Part shown: piece after piece, positions 1 to 13,983 of the stretch
Position numbering within the stretch: the stretch's first letter is position 1
Layout: the number at the start of each line of letters is the position of its first letter
Assembly (NCBI GenBank): GCA_001949185.1
Contig: BDGG01000006.1
Location: 1,842,827 to 1,906,826 of the forward strand
Source of the DNA: Ramazzottius varieornatus
Lineage: Eukaryota; Animalia; Tardigrada
Length of the DNA stretch: 64,000 nucleotides
Reading direction: 5' to 3'
The notes under the pieces: generated by a model
What the model was told of the DNA's origin: nothing
The model's database searches: none
What the model saw: the letters and a program-made list of their open reading frames with translations, nothing else
Translations under genes and position numbers: made by a program

Positions 1-2
1 GA

Positions 3-1666
3 CTATTTGACCACTTTCTTTTCTCGCTTCCTCTCAAAGTCCACCAGTTCTGTCAGCCTAAGAACTACTTAAAACGCTGATTACGAGAAGCTGTAAATGT
101 AGATTGTACACCTAACGGCGTATCTAATATATTAAAACTTGAGTTTTCTCGCCGGAAAGGCTCTTACTTAGGCAATCCACCACCTTATGAGACAACCGCA
201 CGAACTGCCTTTTTCAGGCTATCCTCCGTATACTTTCGCTGTCTCTTGCTCTTCAGACATTCCGGCATATTCCAGGCTAACCTTCCTCAAGATGGGAAAA
301 GAAGTACGAAATAAGAAACGAAATCTGGAATGACACTGTATTCCGCATATTGCACTGCGAAATTTTACTTGCTGACGTCACAGGGCTAGTTTCTGCTACG
401 ACATAACAATCTCTGCGTTAAACTGCCGCCAGCCCGTCCGGCCAGAAATTTGGTCCAGGCCAATAATCAGGCCAATAATTAGGCCAGCCGCGTGTACTGT
501 ACCTTTGGTGCAACTTCTGGATAGCTTCGAGACCGTCTTCTATTTTCTCCACTTCAACGAAAGCCATGTGGCTTTTTCTGGGTGGTATGATTATCTGGCA
601 GAAGCGCAGTTTGTTCTGCTCAAAGGTCACTCGAACTTGGTCTTTTACGCTCAACTTGACTTTGGTGCGAATTCTGGATTTGTACACGACGAATAGCCTG
701 TAGCAGCCACCGGCGTACAGGAAGGGTTCACCAAAGGATGGCTTGAAGACTTGCATACTTCCTTTAGCAGCACTCGAATCTGGCCCCCGCGGAGTGCTCA
801 AAGGAGAAACAGGCGACTGGTGAGACTCTGTCGATGAAATGATACTAACTTGATCCGCGTGCAGTACTGCGTTGATCTTTTCGACGGCATTCTCGAAGGA
901 CTTCGAGGAAACATGAGACTCGTCTGGCCTTTGGTCTGGCTTGCTGTCGTTGTCGATGCCTGTCTTTTCAGGGATTCTAGTTTCAGTCCTAACTGGCAGC
1001 TTTTTTCCCGTACTCTCTGGGAAGATGGTGATAGTCATCTGCGGCTGAACTTCCGGTTCATGCTTTACATCGACCTTAGAAGACAAGGAGGTCAAAGAAG
1101 TCGTGACCGCTGCTTTCTTGGCTTCGTTTCCGGACAAGGGCTCTTCCGAGAGCCTGTAGCAACCCTTATCCACCACCACCCTACCCCAGACTTTCATCAA
1201 GTTGGCAGAGCACTGAATCTTTTCGGTGATCACTTCTGGCGATAGCACTTCCGGGAGCCTGAAAAGAAATGAACAGAACATTCTTTCTTGTTCTGTCCTT
1301 CATCTGCACTCTATTAACCTACCTGAAAGCTGCGATGATATAGTTGCAGATTTCTGCCAGTTTGGCTCTTTTTCCAGCAGAAGAGAGGTGTCGGATGGCG
1401 TCCAGGACAGCTTCGTCCATGTCAGAGTGTTCACTGATGACAGTGTTGGTTCGGCGGACGTACGTCCATCCCGTCGACAACTGGACGAATTTCCCCGTGG
1501 CTGTCAGATTGAGAAACCATTCGTGCCCGTACGTTGCGATGACATGGAGGATATTTTTAAAGATGGGCGCTTCGCTATTGTCCAGAATGGTCTGCAGAGC
1601 AAGGGGCATGACTTGATCGATGCATTCCCCCAGTTCACTTACAGGATGATCCTCCTTCTCGGCCAT
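3..1666 (-). CDS. Uncharacterised protein: N-terminal winged-helix (H15/SAMD1-like) domain, Ser/Pro-rich linker and C-terminal RRM; 3 predicted exons (1666-1323, 1258-503, 57-3)
   Basis: ORFs 1319..1786 and 418..1281 join in phase through a GT-AG intron (AFR|LPE). AVLDAIRHLSSAGKRAKLAEICNYI...GCYRL resembles a winged helix; YRLFVV and SHMAFVEV resemble RNP2/RNP1. A phase-compatible last exon gives LTELVDFERKREKKVVK*. Confidence 0.6.
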
Positions 1667-1978
1667 TTTCAGTTTGATTCCGCTGTGCGACTGCGTTGTC
1701 CCAATGTTCCTGCAAACAGAGATCAAGGTAGGCAAATAGGGAAGGAGAGCAGAAATATGCCTAGCGCGCTGGGTCCATCGGCGCATTGTCTATCTCGTGT
1801 ACGATCTCGCTGGCCGAATAACATACCAAGGGTTTGCCATCGGGCTATGAGCATTCAGTAATGGTACGCCGTAGGGCGGAGATCTGGCTGAACTGGCAGA
1901 ACAGCCGATGGCGCCGGTAGGCGTAAACCAAAACAATGCCAAAGCCGGATCTTCACTGGTGCATCTATCATAACACAG

Positions 1979-2110
1979 CCAATGGAAGGCAGCTAACGCA
2001 TTTGCATAACTGTCCAACACGTGGTCACACGTGCAGCTTCTGGTGCCACGTGGGCCTTGCGCCTGCGTTATCCAAGCTGCGCAGCCAGCATGCCATGCAC
2101 GTGCCACGTG
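1979..2110. promoter_or_regulatory. E-box (CACGTG) cluster with CCAAT and octamer motifs in a divergent promoter
   Basis: CACGTG at 2018, 2028, 2047, 2098 and 2105; ATTTGCAT at 2000; CCAAT at 1979; lies between head-to-head ATGs at 1666 (-) and 2354 (+). Confidence 0.5.
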
Positions 2111-2353
2111 TGTAATAGTCGTACACATCAAGGAAAACAACCGTACGCGTTTTTTCCAGTCTCTACACAATTGTTTAGTCTTCCGCCAAGCTTCTTCTGG
2201 CCTCCTTCCATCAGACATCACAACTGAAGGTGCCATATGAGCGAGCAAGTTGGTTCGACTGTTTGAGAAGTACCAGATAGCGCACGGGAAGTCCAAATCG
2301 AGCAGGTAGGCTCGTCCTGGTGCGTTGTCTGAAACAACTGTCCTTTTGCAGCA

Positions 2354-3239
2354 ATGTCGACTGCCGCAAGTTCTAGCACCTCCGAGACCATCGCTGAGCC
2401 TGGTCTGAAGATAAAGGTCAGCACGAAGGAGGGCGAAGTTTTCGAGCTGGATGAAAAAGTCGCCAAGGTGAGTTAGCTTGATCTCTTTGATTTGTGAGAC
2501 TTATTAATCGAATGGTTCGAACGATACTATATCTGTTACTTTCCTCTCTGACACAAGTCTTTTTATCTTATCTGCAGATGTCGCAGGTGATCCGCGGCAT
2601 TCTCGAAGATCTAGGGGAACAGAATGGAGGAGACGATTCCGTACTGCCGTTGACCCAAGTCGAAACTCGAATTTTTCGCAAAGTAGGGTCTCATGTGGTG
2701 TTTCGCCCATGACGGCATCATTTCGTCAGAGGTTGGCAAGCACAGTATCAGTTAACTGCAGAACACGTAATGACGTCATGGGTCTTCTGTGGCGTTGTGG
2801 AATGGACAATCCAGAGTATTGTGCTATCAACTGAATCAGTGAGGAAGGACCAGTGCAGAATAATGCGATTTTTCTGTTACAGATTCTCGTCTGGTTGAAG
2901 TACCATGCTGGACACGACAAGGAAGAAGCACCGAAGGCCGAGGAAGACGAGATCATCGCGCGATTCTGCGAAGAGATTCCGGAGTGGGACCAGAAATTCC
3001 TCAACGTGGACCAAGCCGTCATCCTGGAAATCATGCTGGCCGCCGACTACCTGGACATCAAGAAGCTGCGTGGTTTGTGCTGCAAGACCGTCGCCAACAT
3101 TCTCAAGACAAAAACCGTCGAACAGATTCGCGAGATGTACGGGATCGAGAACGACTTCACTCCCGAAGAGGAAGAGGAAATTCGCAAGCAGACGGCCTGG
3201 TGCGAGGACGAACCTCCCAGGCAAGGCAGCAACCACTAA
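2354..3239 (+). CDS. SKP1: Skp1 family protein (divergent paralogue); exons 2354-2467, 2578-2682, 2883-3239
   Basis: IKVSTKEGEVFELDEKVAKMSQVI...; WDQKFLNVDQ...AADYLDIKKLRGLCCKTVANILKTKTVEQIREMYGIENDFTPEEEEEIRK is typical Skp1; introns are phase-consistent. Confidence 0.92.
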
Positions 3240-4487
3240 GGATTTCTTCTCGACGTAAAGTAGTGTCTTTGTGGGCTCCATAATCTCGACCAAAGTTCAG
3301 AGCACTGTTTCTGTTTTTTACTCTACAGGAAGGGTGACGTACCGACTTCCAAGGTTTGTCTCGACTGACGGACAATTTTTTGTGTGAGCTTTTGCACCTT
3401 TTGCTTCCTTTCGCGGCGTTTCAGTCTAGTTGTATCGGTATGTTCCTTTCAAAAGCTGTACATTTCAATAGTCGCGTCGTCTCGCCCTTGATACATTTTT
3501 GCGGCCATGTGTGCCGTACTGTACCAGTTGATGATGTGCAGCGCTGGATCGACGACCTATACGTCCTGTTCGGCTGTTCCTGGAGTAGTGACAGTGGTGC
3601 TTCGTAAACAGATGATGCTTATCTTCTGTATGGATGTACTTGACGCCCCTTAATTAACTTAAGCAGGCTGTGCGCATCCAGTCGCAGGCGCCACGCAGCA
3701 GCTAAGCGTGGATTCAATGCGCCAGACGCGAGTGCAGTGCGTATGTGTCACACTGTCAGGCATGAGCAGTTATGGGGTTTGGTTCTATTCGCTTTCGCTT
3801 TGAGGACGATGGATCACATCGCTATGACCTGCTATGAGACACAAGAGTCCGCTATCCGCTTCGCTATCGCTATAGAAAATTTCCTTGTGCTAGAAAAAGC
3901 ATCGATTTTCGGCTGTTTTTCCATAACCGAAACTGATTAGCAGAGTAACGACTTATTGATTTCAAGCTCGAAACAAGATCAAACGTGTTGAAAAAGTCCG
4001 CTAAACCCGAATTTTACGTAATAAATACCGTATTTAAAGAGGACCCAGTTTTTCACCAGTTTTGGCTTAAATTTCGCTATTTCCGCTATAGCTCATTGTC
4101 GCTTCGCTCTGGATAGTTCTGAGTGTACCCAGTTCCGCTATAGTTTCGCTATCTAGCGTAGCGAAGCGGAAAACTACGCCGTTCCAAAACTGCTCAACCC
4201 TGGTATCTGTTTGGTGCATTGCCTCGATCCATTGGACCGAGCTTTCCATCTCGCAAGTCGCAACTCCGATTTTCCATCGATTGCTTTTTTATTTCTTCCT
4301 CTAGCCTCCAGGCACTGCTTTACTTCTTCCAGCCCGAAGCTTTGCCTTCGGCGATGATACACCACCGGAAGTTACTGGTCATCGAGCATAGAATGGTTGT
4401 TTAGTAGCGATTGTCGTTTGGACCGTGTTGCTTCTCTGGTTCCAGGTTGGTCCCGTGAACCCCGTATTGCTCCTTCCGGCGCTCTGG

Positions 4488-6950
4488 ATGGCGTCGCTCC
4501 TCGGTATTGCATCCAGAGCAACTCGAGGGAACCATGGGCGGATCTTCCTTTCGCTCTGGCGAGTCGTACCGCCAGCTACTACCCAGCCGGAAGCTTGTGC
4601 AAGTCAGAATGGACAGTTCGTACTGCTCCATCAAAAAAGCATCACATTCCGTCAGTACACCAACTTCGCTCACAATCGAAATCTCCCAAAGCGGTCCAAG
4701 CTATCGAAAGTAATCGTCAACTCTTGGTATGGAGTGATCGTCATGCTCATGGCCTACATGACGATCAACTGGAGTCTGTAAGTAGTGATGTTCCATCTTG
4801 GCATTTTTTGCCTAAGATGTCAAACGATTTTCGTTTGATAGAGTGCGAGAAAAGACCAGCATGCACTGGATCCCCAAGATTGAAGTAGAAGAAGTAGAAC
4901 GACGTGATAAGGAAGCCTACGAAGAGCTGGTGTACGAGTACGGTGCGGAAGGGCTGCCGAAGTCGATCCATGAAAAGTTCGGTCATCTAGTCAATCCCGT
5001 CAAGAGAGTCGACGCTGCTGACTTACCGTCCAAGAGCTCTTCGAGCGTCGCACGTGTCGGAAGTAGCTCAGTGTTACCATCATCGGGCATTGTGGTGGAA
5101 GGAGACAGTGACGGGAAAAAGAAAGGCGGATTTCGAGACCGAAAGGTAGATTGAAATCAGAGTCTGAAGATTTATGACACCTGCTAGCGCATCGCGCGAC
5201 ATACAGCACAATGTACAATGAACCGCAGGGTTGTGACGCCATGCGCTGAATGGTCAGGGTACGTTGAACTTGGGTTTCTCCGCTGCAACGGTTTTGTCTT
5301 TTAGATCACCGAATACGAGAACCGCATTCGAGCTTACTCGACACCCGACAAAGTCTTTCGGCTATTCGCTACACTGAAAGTCCACGATGCGGAGGGAGAT
5401 GGCTTCGGAGTGTACATGACGCCAGATGACTTCGTTCGAGCCATCACACCGGGCATTAGGCAACCCGAAGGCAGGGTGGACACCTCGATACGGATTTGCT
5501 CTTTCTGCTTTCCGTTTCGTGTTCAAGATGGTGACTTGATCGTAATAGCCTTTTTTGTTTGTAGGTCTTGGTTTGGACCAATTTAAAACATTCGACCCGG
5601 CGAAGGACAAGTTGGACGAAAGTCAGATACCCAAAGAAAGCATCTTCTACAAACTGGGCGAGAACGGGTTGATTTCTTTTTCCGACTACCTCTTCCTCAT
5701 GACTGTCTTGTCGAGTAAGCTCACTATCATTTATTGAAAATGAACTTCTCGCAACAGATTTTTGTTCCGATAATGCAAAGTAATCTCCCTTCTGGTCACT
5801 ACTATCAATTTTTTGTCGGGAAAACAGTCAAAATACGTTCGTCTGAACATCAGAAAATTTGTTTCTATTATTGACTGCTGGATTTTGGTTGCAGCTTCCG
5901 CGCGACACATTGAGATAGCGTTCAGAATTTTTGATGTCAACGGCGATGGTACGGTCGACATAGAGGAGTTCGAGGAGATCCTGACGGTTCTCCGCTCGCA
6001 GACTTCCGTGGGTATGCGTCACCGCGAGTCAAAACTGATGGGTGCCCCTCCAACGGGAAAAGGTGGCGTCAACTCCGGTCTCAAGCATCTGTTCTTCGGG
6101 CAAGATGGCAAGGGAAAGCTGAGAGTGCAGGATTTCTTGGCTTTTCAGGAAAGAATGAAGGACGAAGTGCTGTGGATGGAGGTATCTAAATTCCAAGCAG
6201 AATCCTTTTTACGATAATTTATCATTGTTTGGAAGTTTAACGGGTTATTTGTCTGGACAGTTTACACGGATGAATGCCGTCGGCGGGAAGATCCACGAAA
6301 CAGATTTCGCCAAGATGCTGCTGAGTTATTCGGGAATTTCCGAACAGAGGCAGAAGAAGATGGTGAAACGGATCAAACTACGATTCCAAGGCGATACTTC
6401 GAAAGTGAGTCTTCTTCGAGCAATTCTGTTGTATGTTCTTTGGAGAAATAGGCTCAGAATCCAGTCCGAATATTCAGGCGGAGAATCGGTTCAGATCATC
6501 GAGCAGAGTAACAAAATGGATTTTCTCCAGGGAATTACTTTTCAACAAGTTCACAACTTCAGCCAGGTCTTCCGCCACCTGAACGACATCGACACCGCAC
6601 TCGGTCTCTATCATGTTGCAGGAGGTTCGATTGACCAAACTACACTTCAGCGAGTCGTAAGAACCGTTGCGAAGGCTGACTTGGACGACCACATGGTCGA
6701 CGTGGTCTTTGCGCTCTTCGATGACAACGGTGAGGCTTGACGCTTTTTCATGTTTCCTCCACGAAATCGAATTCACGGATGATTGATCCCACTTGCAGAG
6801 GATGGAAGACTGAGCCAGAGGGAGTTTATCCAAATTCTGAAGGCTCGACAGATGCGCGGCACAGAGCGGTCGAAAGACATGGGAGTAACGCGGGCTCTCA
6901 GTGCGATCTGGAGATGCACGAAAGAGGAAATAGCACAGTCTCGCGTCTGA
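4488..6950 (+). CDS. MICU1: Mitochondrial calcium uptake protein 1 (EF-hand), multi-exon
   Basis: Basic targeting-like N-terminus; [10 protein letters not shown]|[26 protein letters not shown] signature; EF-hands [15 protein letters not shown] and LFDDN(E)DGRLSQREF; TGA at 6948-6950. Confidence 0.95.
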
Positions 6951-7367
6951 TATCTCGTCCTTTATTCCCCTTTCTATGCTCTTGGTCACTGTACATATTT
7001 TAGAGTTTTTTTCTTATACCGCTCTGTGGAAAGTATCTTTATGAGATCTGAGTGGAAACTGGTTCAAGTGCGGTGATTTTGTTTCTTGGCTTTGGTTTTA
7101 CTGATCTTGTGTTCTGCCGAAAAACGATGTACAGTGGAAACAGTTTTCACAGAAACTGATCATGTCCGTCGTTTCTGTTCAACAGTCCGTACGCCAGTAT
7201 CCAAAAGGCGCCGTAGAGTTTCACAAGATGAAAAAAGCTAGTCGATACATTTTAAGAAAAAAGCGAAATCATTCCGGAGAGTACTGTATCTGACATGAAG
7301 CAGAAGTAAGCCAGCTCACAAAAGAAGCCTCACAATCCATCTTCACTGTGGACTCTCCATTTTACAG

Positions 7368-10300
7368 TTACAGAGGATACTGAGTGTACTGCTGCGGAGG
7401 TGCATAAGCCATCGGCGGTTGGTAACCTTCAACCACAACGCAAACTGTCAAGGTCCTTCCATCACTTCCAGCCACTCCAACACTAGAAATCGGAAGACAG
7501 ACTGTGACTGTATGGTTACCTGGCGGTGTGCCGAAGCCAGGAGGTCCTTGAGGGTGGTTGCTGTATGAAGGAGCCGGTATAGACGGCGCATACCGCGGAG
7601 GAGCTTGTGGCTGATAGGCATAAGCCGGCGGCGGAGCATATTGTGGCGGTGGCGCGTAACCGTTATCCGGCGGACCTTCGGAACGGAGGTACAGCGATCT
7701 GTAAGAGCGTTCTGAACCTGGTGGAGGTCGACCACGGTCACCTACAAAAAGTCAAAACCCGTTAAGAGTGACGAAAGCAGATAAGAACCCAAGTGGCGCA
7801 CACTTTCGACCACCAACTCTGAGAAAGTGCGTCACTTGAGAAGACCGTTTTCCAAGTGGCGCAACTTCTCAGTGTTACTGGCTTACAACACGCGCCACTT
7901 GGAAAACCGATGTTATGGCGCTGGGTAGCCAATGATTCACCTTCTCGACTTTGCGGTGGTCGATCATAACGAGTCGGGCCTCCACGTCCACGAGGAGCTC
8001 CACGGCTGCTTGCGCCTCCTCGTCCTCCACGTGAGTCTCCTCGACTAATTCCACCGCGCGAAGCGCCTCTGCCTCCTCGAGAGTCACCCCGACCTCGGCC
8101 TCCACCTCCTCTGGGCGAGCCCCTTCCGCTGTCAGAAGAGGCATCGGGTGGCGGAAGAGGGTTCATTTCGTCACGGTAGGAACCGTAGGGCGCTGCTGGA
8201 CCAGGAGCATGGCTATAAGAAGAAGTGTGAGCAGCGCCTCCTCGACCTCCACGCCCAGGAGGCCGACGGGCAGCGCCCCCACCGCCAGAGAGGGATTCAT
8301 TGCCAACGGTGATACGCTTGGTTTCGACTTCTTCGGCTGTGAAGAGCTCGATGTACCGATGTCCTGTGACGGAACATCAGCATAAGCGTCACGGAGGAAA
8401 GCTCAGCGCATGGGACCAAACCAACAAACCCTACAAAACTGTTTTCCCAAGTGGTGCACCTCATTAGTGTTATTGGCTGAAAGTGTGCGCCACTTGGAAA
8501 AACAATCTTGTCGAGTTTGTTTCCCGTGGTCCTACATAAATGGCTATTAAAAATTTTGCTTACCGAGGCTAGTCTTGTCGCGTTTCTTGCCTTCCTCCAT
8601 GTCGGCCTGGTTGAAGAATTCTACCCAAGCCGAGCCATCGAAGACATTGGAAGGAGACATGTTCTTCGTCACACTTTGTAGCTTGAGCGGCTGGAAGAAC
8701 TGCGAGAAAGAATGTTCTAAGAGGAGCAGTTCGAATTTCCTGACCGAGGGTGTGTATGCTTCTCGAAAATGTTTATACCGCTTCGATCGAGCCAGACTCA
8801 GCTACAATCACTTACCTGTTCGATTTCTTGTTCTGTAACGTGCCAAGGCAGGCCGCGCATGAAGATACGACAGGGCTGTTGGCTCGGACGAAATCCGTTG
8901 GCGGTCCCAGGATGGCCCTGGTGGGGAGGATAGTACGCAGGGTTCTGCTCATACAGTGCGGCAGGTCCATCGGCTGGCGGACCGCACAGCCTGCCTTCCG
9001 CAACCCCGGCTTCTGCTAACATGGATTTGATGTGGGCTGCGCCGGCTAAGAAGATCTCCACATACCTAAACAGCGGGGACGTTATGCTCAACTATCGTTC
9101 TGAATATCCGGAGACATTTTTTGTGGGGGAATGTTGCTGCGATCAGAGATGGTCCCGAAAAATACAGTACAAGTACCATAAAGATCGCATCTGAGATGTG
9201 AGAACTTAGAAAAGATGGCTTTGAGTTGATGTCCGGAATGTTCACCCACCTGTGGCCCATCTTCTCTTTGTGCTTTTGAACGGCTTGTTCGACACCACCC
9301 CGGTTTTCAAAGAGCACATATGCCTCCCCTGTTGTCCGCCCATCCTGACTTTTGGAAATTATCACCCCGTTAAGTCCCCCGGCAATCTGTGCTCCTGTCG
9401 CCATCAAACAACAGCAGCTAATTCACCCATCCTTAGTAAATGGTCAATGATCATAACAAACCCGAGTTATATTCGGTGAACAAAGGCGCACCTCATGACG
9501 GAACATTTGAGCAAACTTTCGAGCGTCAGTTCTTCCCAAAAAACAGCGTCAAATTTACAACCTTCCAGTATTGGGACCCAGGCGAACGAATCCGACAAGA
9601 TCCTTTCAAGCGGCGCACGTTGACAGCCGATAACTTCGAAAACATGCGCCACTTGGGAAAAATAAACAAACCAGCTTATCTTTCCAAGTGGCGCACGCTC
9701 CTGTCCGGTTTGTCTGCTAACCTCTCAGTTCGTAACCGCTTCAGACAACGCGGCAAAAACCGGAATTTCATGGAAATTATCCGCTTAGATACAATTTTCT
9801 GCATCTGGAATGTGTTGTCTGACTCCTGAACTGAAATACGCACCCTGGAAGAAGTCTCGGATTTCTTCGCGAGAAACCTTGAAGTCCAAACCCCGAAGAC
9901 GGACGGCATAGTCGCCCGGGACACGGCCAAGTCCGGTTTGTCCTAGCAAATTTCTCATTTCTATGGGCGACGATGGAAACACTACAAAGCACAATCAATG
10001 CATTCTCGATTTATATTCTGTTGTCAAGAATAAAAAACGAATGGAAGCAATCAATACCTTCAAGATATCTGGAATTCATCGTTGCTTTGTCCAAACTGAT
10101 CGCCTTCTTGAAGTCCTCGTCGTTTCGTAACTGGAGGAAGGCGTCCCCAGACCATTGCCTTTGAGGGTTATAGACAAAATGGATGCCCAGGACGCCATTA
10201 TGGGGAGCAACACCTACCAAATAAATCGCCGTATCAACTAGCGCACAAATACAGCTAAACACTACATGTTGTGCGGCACTCAGGTCCGAATGTTACCTCG

Positions 10301-10567
10301 TTCGATTAGCCATTTCAAAAAGGTGTATTCCGATTCCTGGAAGGGTATCCCGCGCACCCGCACCACCGAAAGATGCTCCGTCGATTCTTCCGGCTTTACG
10401 GCAGGTGGTGCTATCCACGCAGGTTGCGCTTTCTGCCAAATCGAGGCGACGCCATTGCTAGCGGGTGGATGCGAATATGGATGCGAAGCCATCGCCTCTT
10501 GCTGGACTGGATACTCTTGCTTGATTGACCCAGGCTCTACCGGAACATCGTCCTCCCAGCCCGACAT
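7368..10567 (-). CDS. hnRNP F/H (glorund/GRSF1-like) protein with three quasi-RRMs, an RGG region and a Pro/Tyr-rich tail
   Basis: VVRVRGIPF, AVRLRGLDF, IFMRGLPW, GRTTGEAYVLF, KHKEKMGHRYVEIF and GHRYIELF motifs across exons; RGG-rich ORF 7762..8166. Confidence 0.9.
7790..7901. repeat. Two 49-bp palindromic units (CAAGTGGCGCAC-N25-GTGCGCCACTTG family), intronic
   Basis: Units at 7790-7838 and 7853-7901. Confidence 0.9.
8448..8496. repeat. 49-bp palindromic unit, intronic
   Basis: ttttccCAAGTGGTGCAC...GTGCGCCACTTGgaaaa. Confidence 0.9.
9607..9696. repeat. 49-bp palindromic unit plus a half unit, intronic
   Basis: Full unit 9607-9655; left arm repeated at 9685. Confidence 0.85.
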
Positions 10568-12607
10568 TCTCCTGCGTTCGGAACCTGCAAACAGATCGTT
10601 CAACGGATGAGCCACGGATGTCCTCGTTGTAAGTGAATTCTATGCTAAAAGATTTCTTCTGATTTCTGAAAGACAAAGTTCGAACAAAATAAATCGTGCA
10701 GATTATGGCAGTTACTGCATGCCACAACTCGTATTTTATGTGGGTTCGGTCCGTCATTCGGCGGTTCCTGCTAGGCACTCGCCACTCAAGCCATGGCCTG
10801 GCCGCCTGGGACGTGGGGCCGCCTTGAACTGAACTTACTGAAGTGAGGTCAGTAGTGACGCACATGTTGTCTTCCGCATGACTAACGGCGAATACGTATG
10901 TCCGTCTCTACTACTTCCGTCTTACTTCCGTTTGAAGTTAATTTCCGATTTATCGTCCATGTGCTTCCAGGTATTCACGCCAGTTCCACCAGGACACGGA
11001 TGATGAGCACGATTCCTCGGAACAGTATGAAAAGACTCTCCCAAGTCTTCTTGACCAATAATCATTCCCTCTCAATAACGCACTATATTAGCATCTCACT
11101 GTACTACAAGTTCACCGTCCAAAATGTATCGTTAACCGCTCTTGCAAACTGAATGTCCTTCCTGGAATTCAAGCCTAAACCTTTCACGATCAATGCTGAC
11201 TTGTTATCGAATATTATTCTACATTTTATCCTCCGAACATCGGCGTCGGTCTCATGTTTCGTCGGGTCGTGGGCCGGCTCGAACGCGGTTAATCACTGCT
11301 ATTGGCCGACTCGAAATCCGAGACTTGGAATCTGACACCGTGCCAGACTGGTCTCATGGAAAACGGAAACTTTGATGAAACCGATTTCTGAAACCATCCC
11401 GTAAATTATCCCCTCTAACTTTTGCGTATCTCTACGTATGCGATACCCTGAAGGCTGACCCTTTCGTTATTTTGGACCGGTATGCGGTCCCAGCTTTTAC
11501 ATGGGATTACGACATGTAGCACACACGCATCTAACCCTACTTCAGTGGCGCACTTCCGGTTACATGATGCCCGAGAATCATGACTCAAGCTCGGAGATCT
11601 GCTATTATCTGTGAACTTGGCAGAAGGTTACTTCCAGATCACCAGAAGGTAGGAGCCTGGCTAGGCGGCTGACATTAAACGGACGGAAGCGATATGACTC
11701 TCGGACTGCCATTCAACCTCAGCGCAATGAGCACTAAGCAACAATGCATCCGGATTCCATCTCATCCACGATGGCCGTCATCTACCTGAAGCAGCCAAGC
11801 AGTTTGCGCTGATTACGCAGCGGATATCTGCGTTGGCTTGTTTAGCCGGCTAGCTAGATCCGAAACAGTGGAAAGCTCTGCTCAAGTTGCTGAGGTAGGG
11901 AAATTTGAACAAGAAAACAGACGTCCCTGGCGTTCAGTTAGCAGATATTTCCTTGATGTGCCTCCTTCGGCTTTCGCCCTCTCATGCGTGTTGTCGTCCC
12001 CTTTGTTGTGTAATGGGAAATTTTGAGGCTGGAGTCTGAGAGAGTCCAAGATAGTCAAGATAGCGCGTAGTAACTTACAGAATTCAGATCTACTAATTCC
12101 AGTTTTTGTTCGCGATCGGCACAGCAAGCATTGCGATATGAGAGTGCAAAACGTGAGATCGCGAGGCGAAATCTTTCACATGCACAGTTACCGACGGCAC
12201 ATTCAACTCTCATAATGCTTGATTAGGGAGGAGTTGAGTTGTCCAAATCTGAGACTGGAACCTGAGACTCACAAATATGAGGGCAGTTTATGAGACCAGA
12301 CCTGTCCTCGCAAACTCTACACCATACTTTACCATTAGGGTGAAAATTTATCAAATGACGTCAAACTATTCTGTGAACGTGATTGGTAGTTAGAAAGTTG
12401 CAGTCGCCCACCGGATGATTCATCCTCCCACAACAGTAGGTCATAGCGCATCTCGCTTGATTGGCAGAATTGATCTTTTTAGAGTATGTCTTCCTCACCA
12501 TTTTCCTCATAAACTGCTGTTGTCAGAGAAATCTTATGTGATCTTCATCTTTCTGTTCTTTTGCAGCGTGATAGGACCAGAGGTGAAGGGCTTGTGAAGA
12601 GGTAACG

Positions 12608-13983
<1,376 letters not shown>

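Noticed and set aside
1226-1861. 211-aa plus-strand ORF and similar antisense ORFs over Skp1, MICU1, the transporter and Shaker
   Set aside because: Shadows of real coding exons on the opposite strand or in another frame.
1790-2296. 168-aa minus-strand ORF
   Set aside because: No recognisable domain, and it overlaps the divergent promoter and Skp1 5' region.
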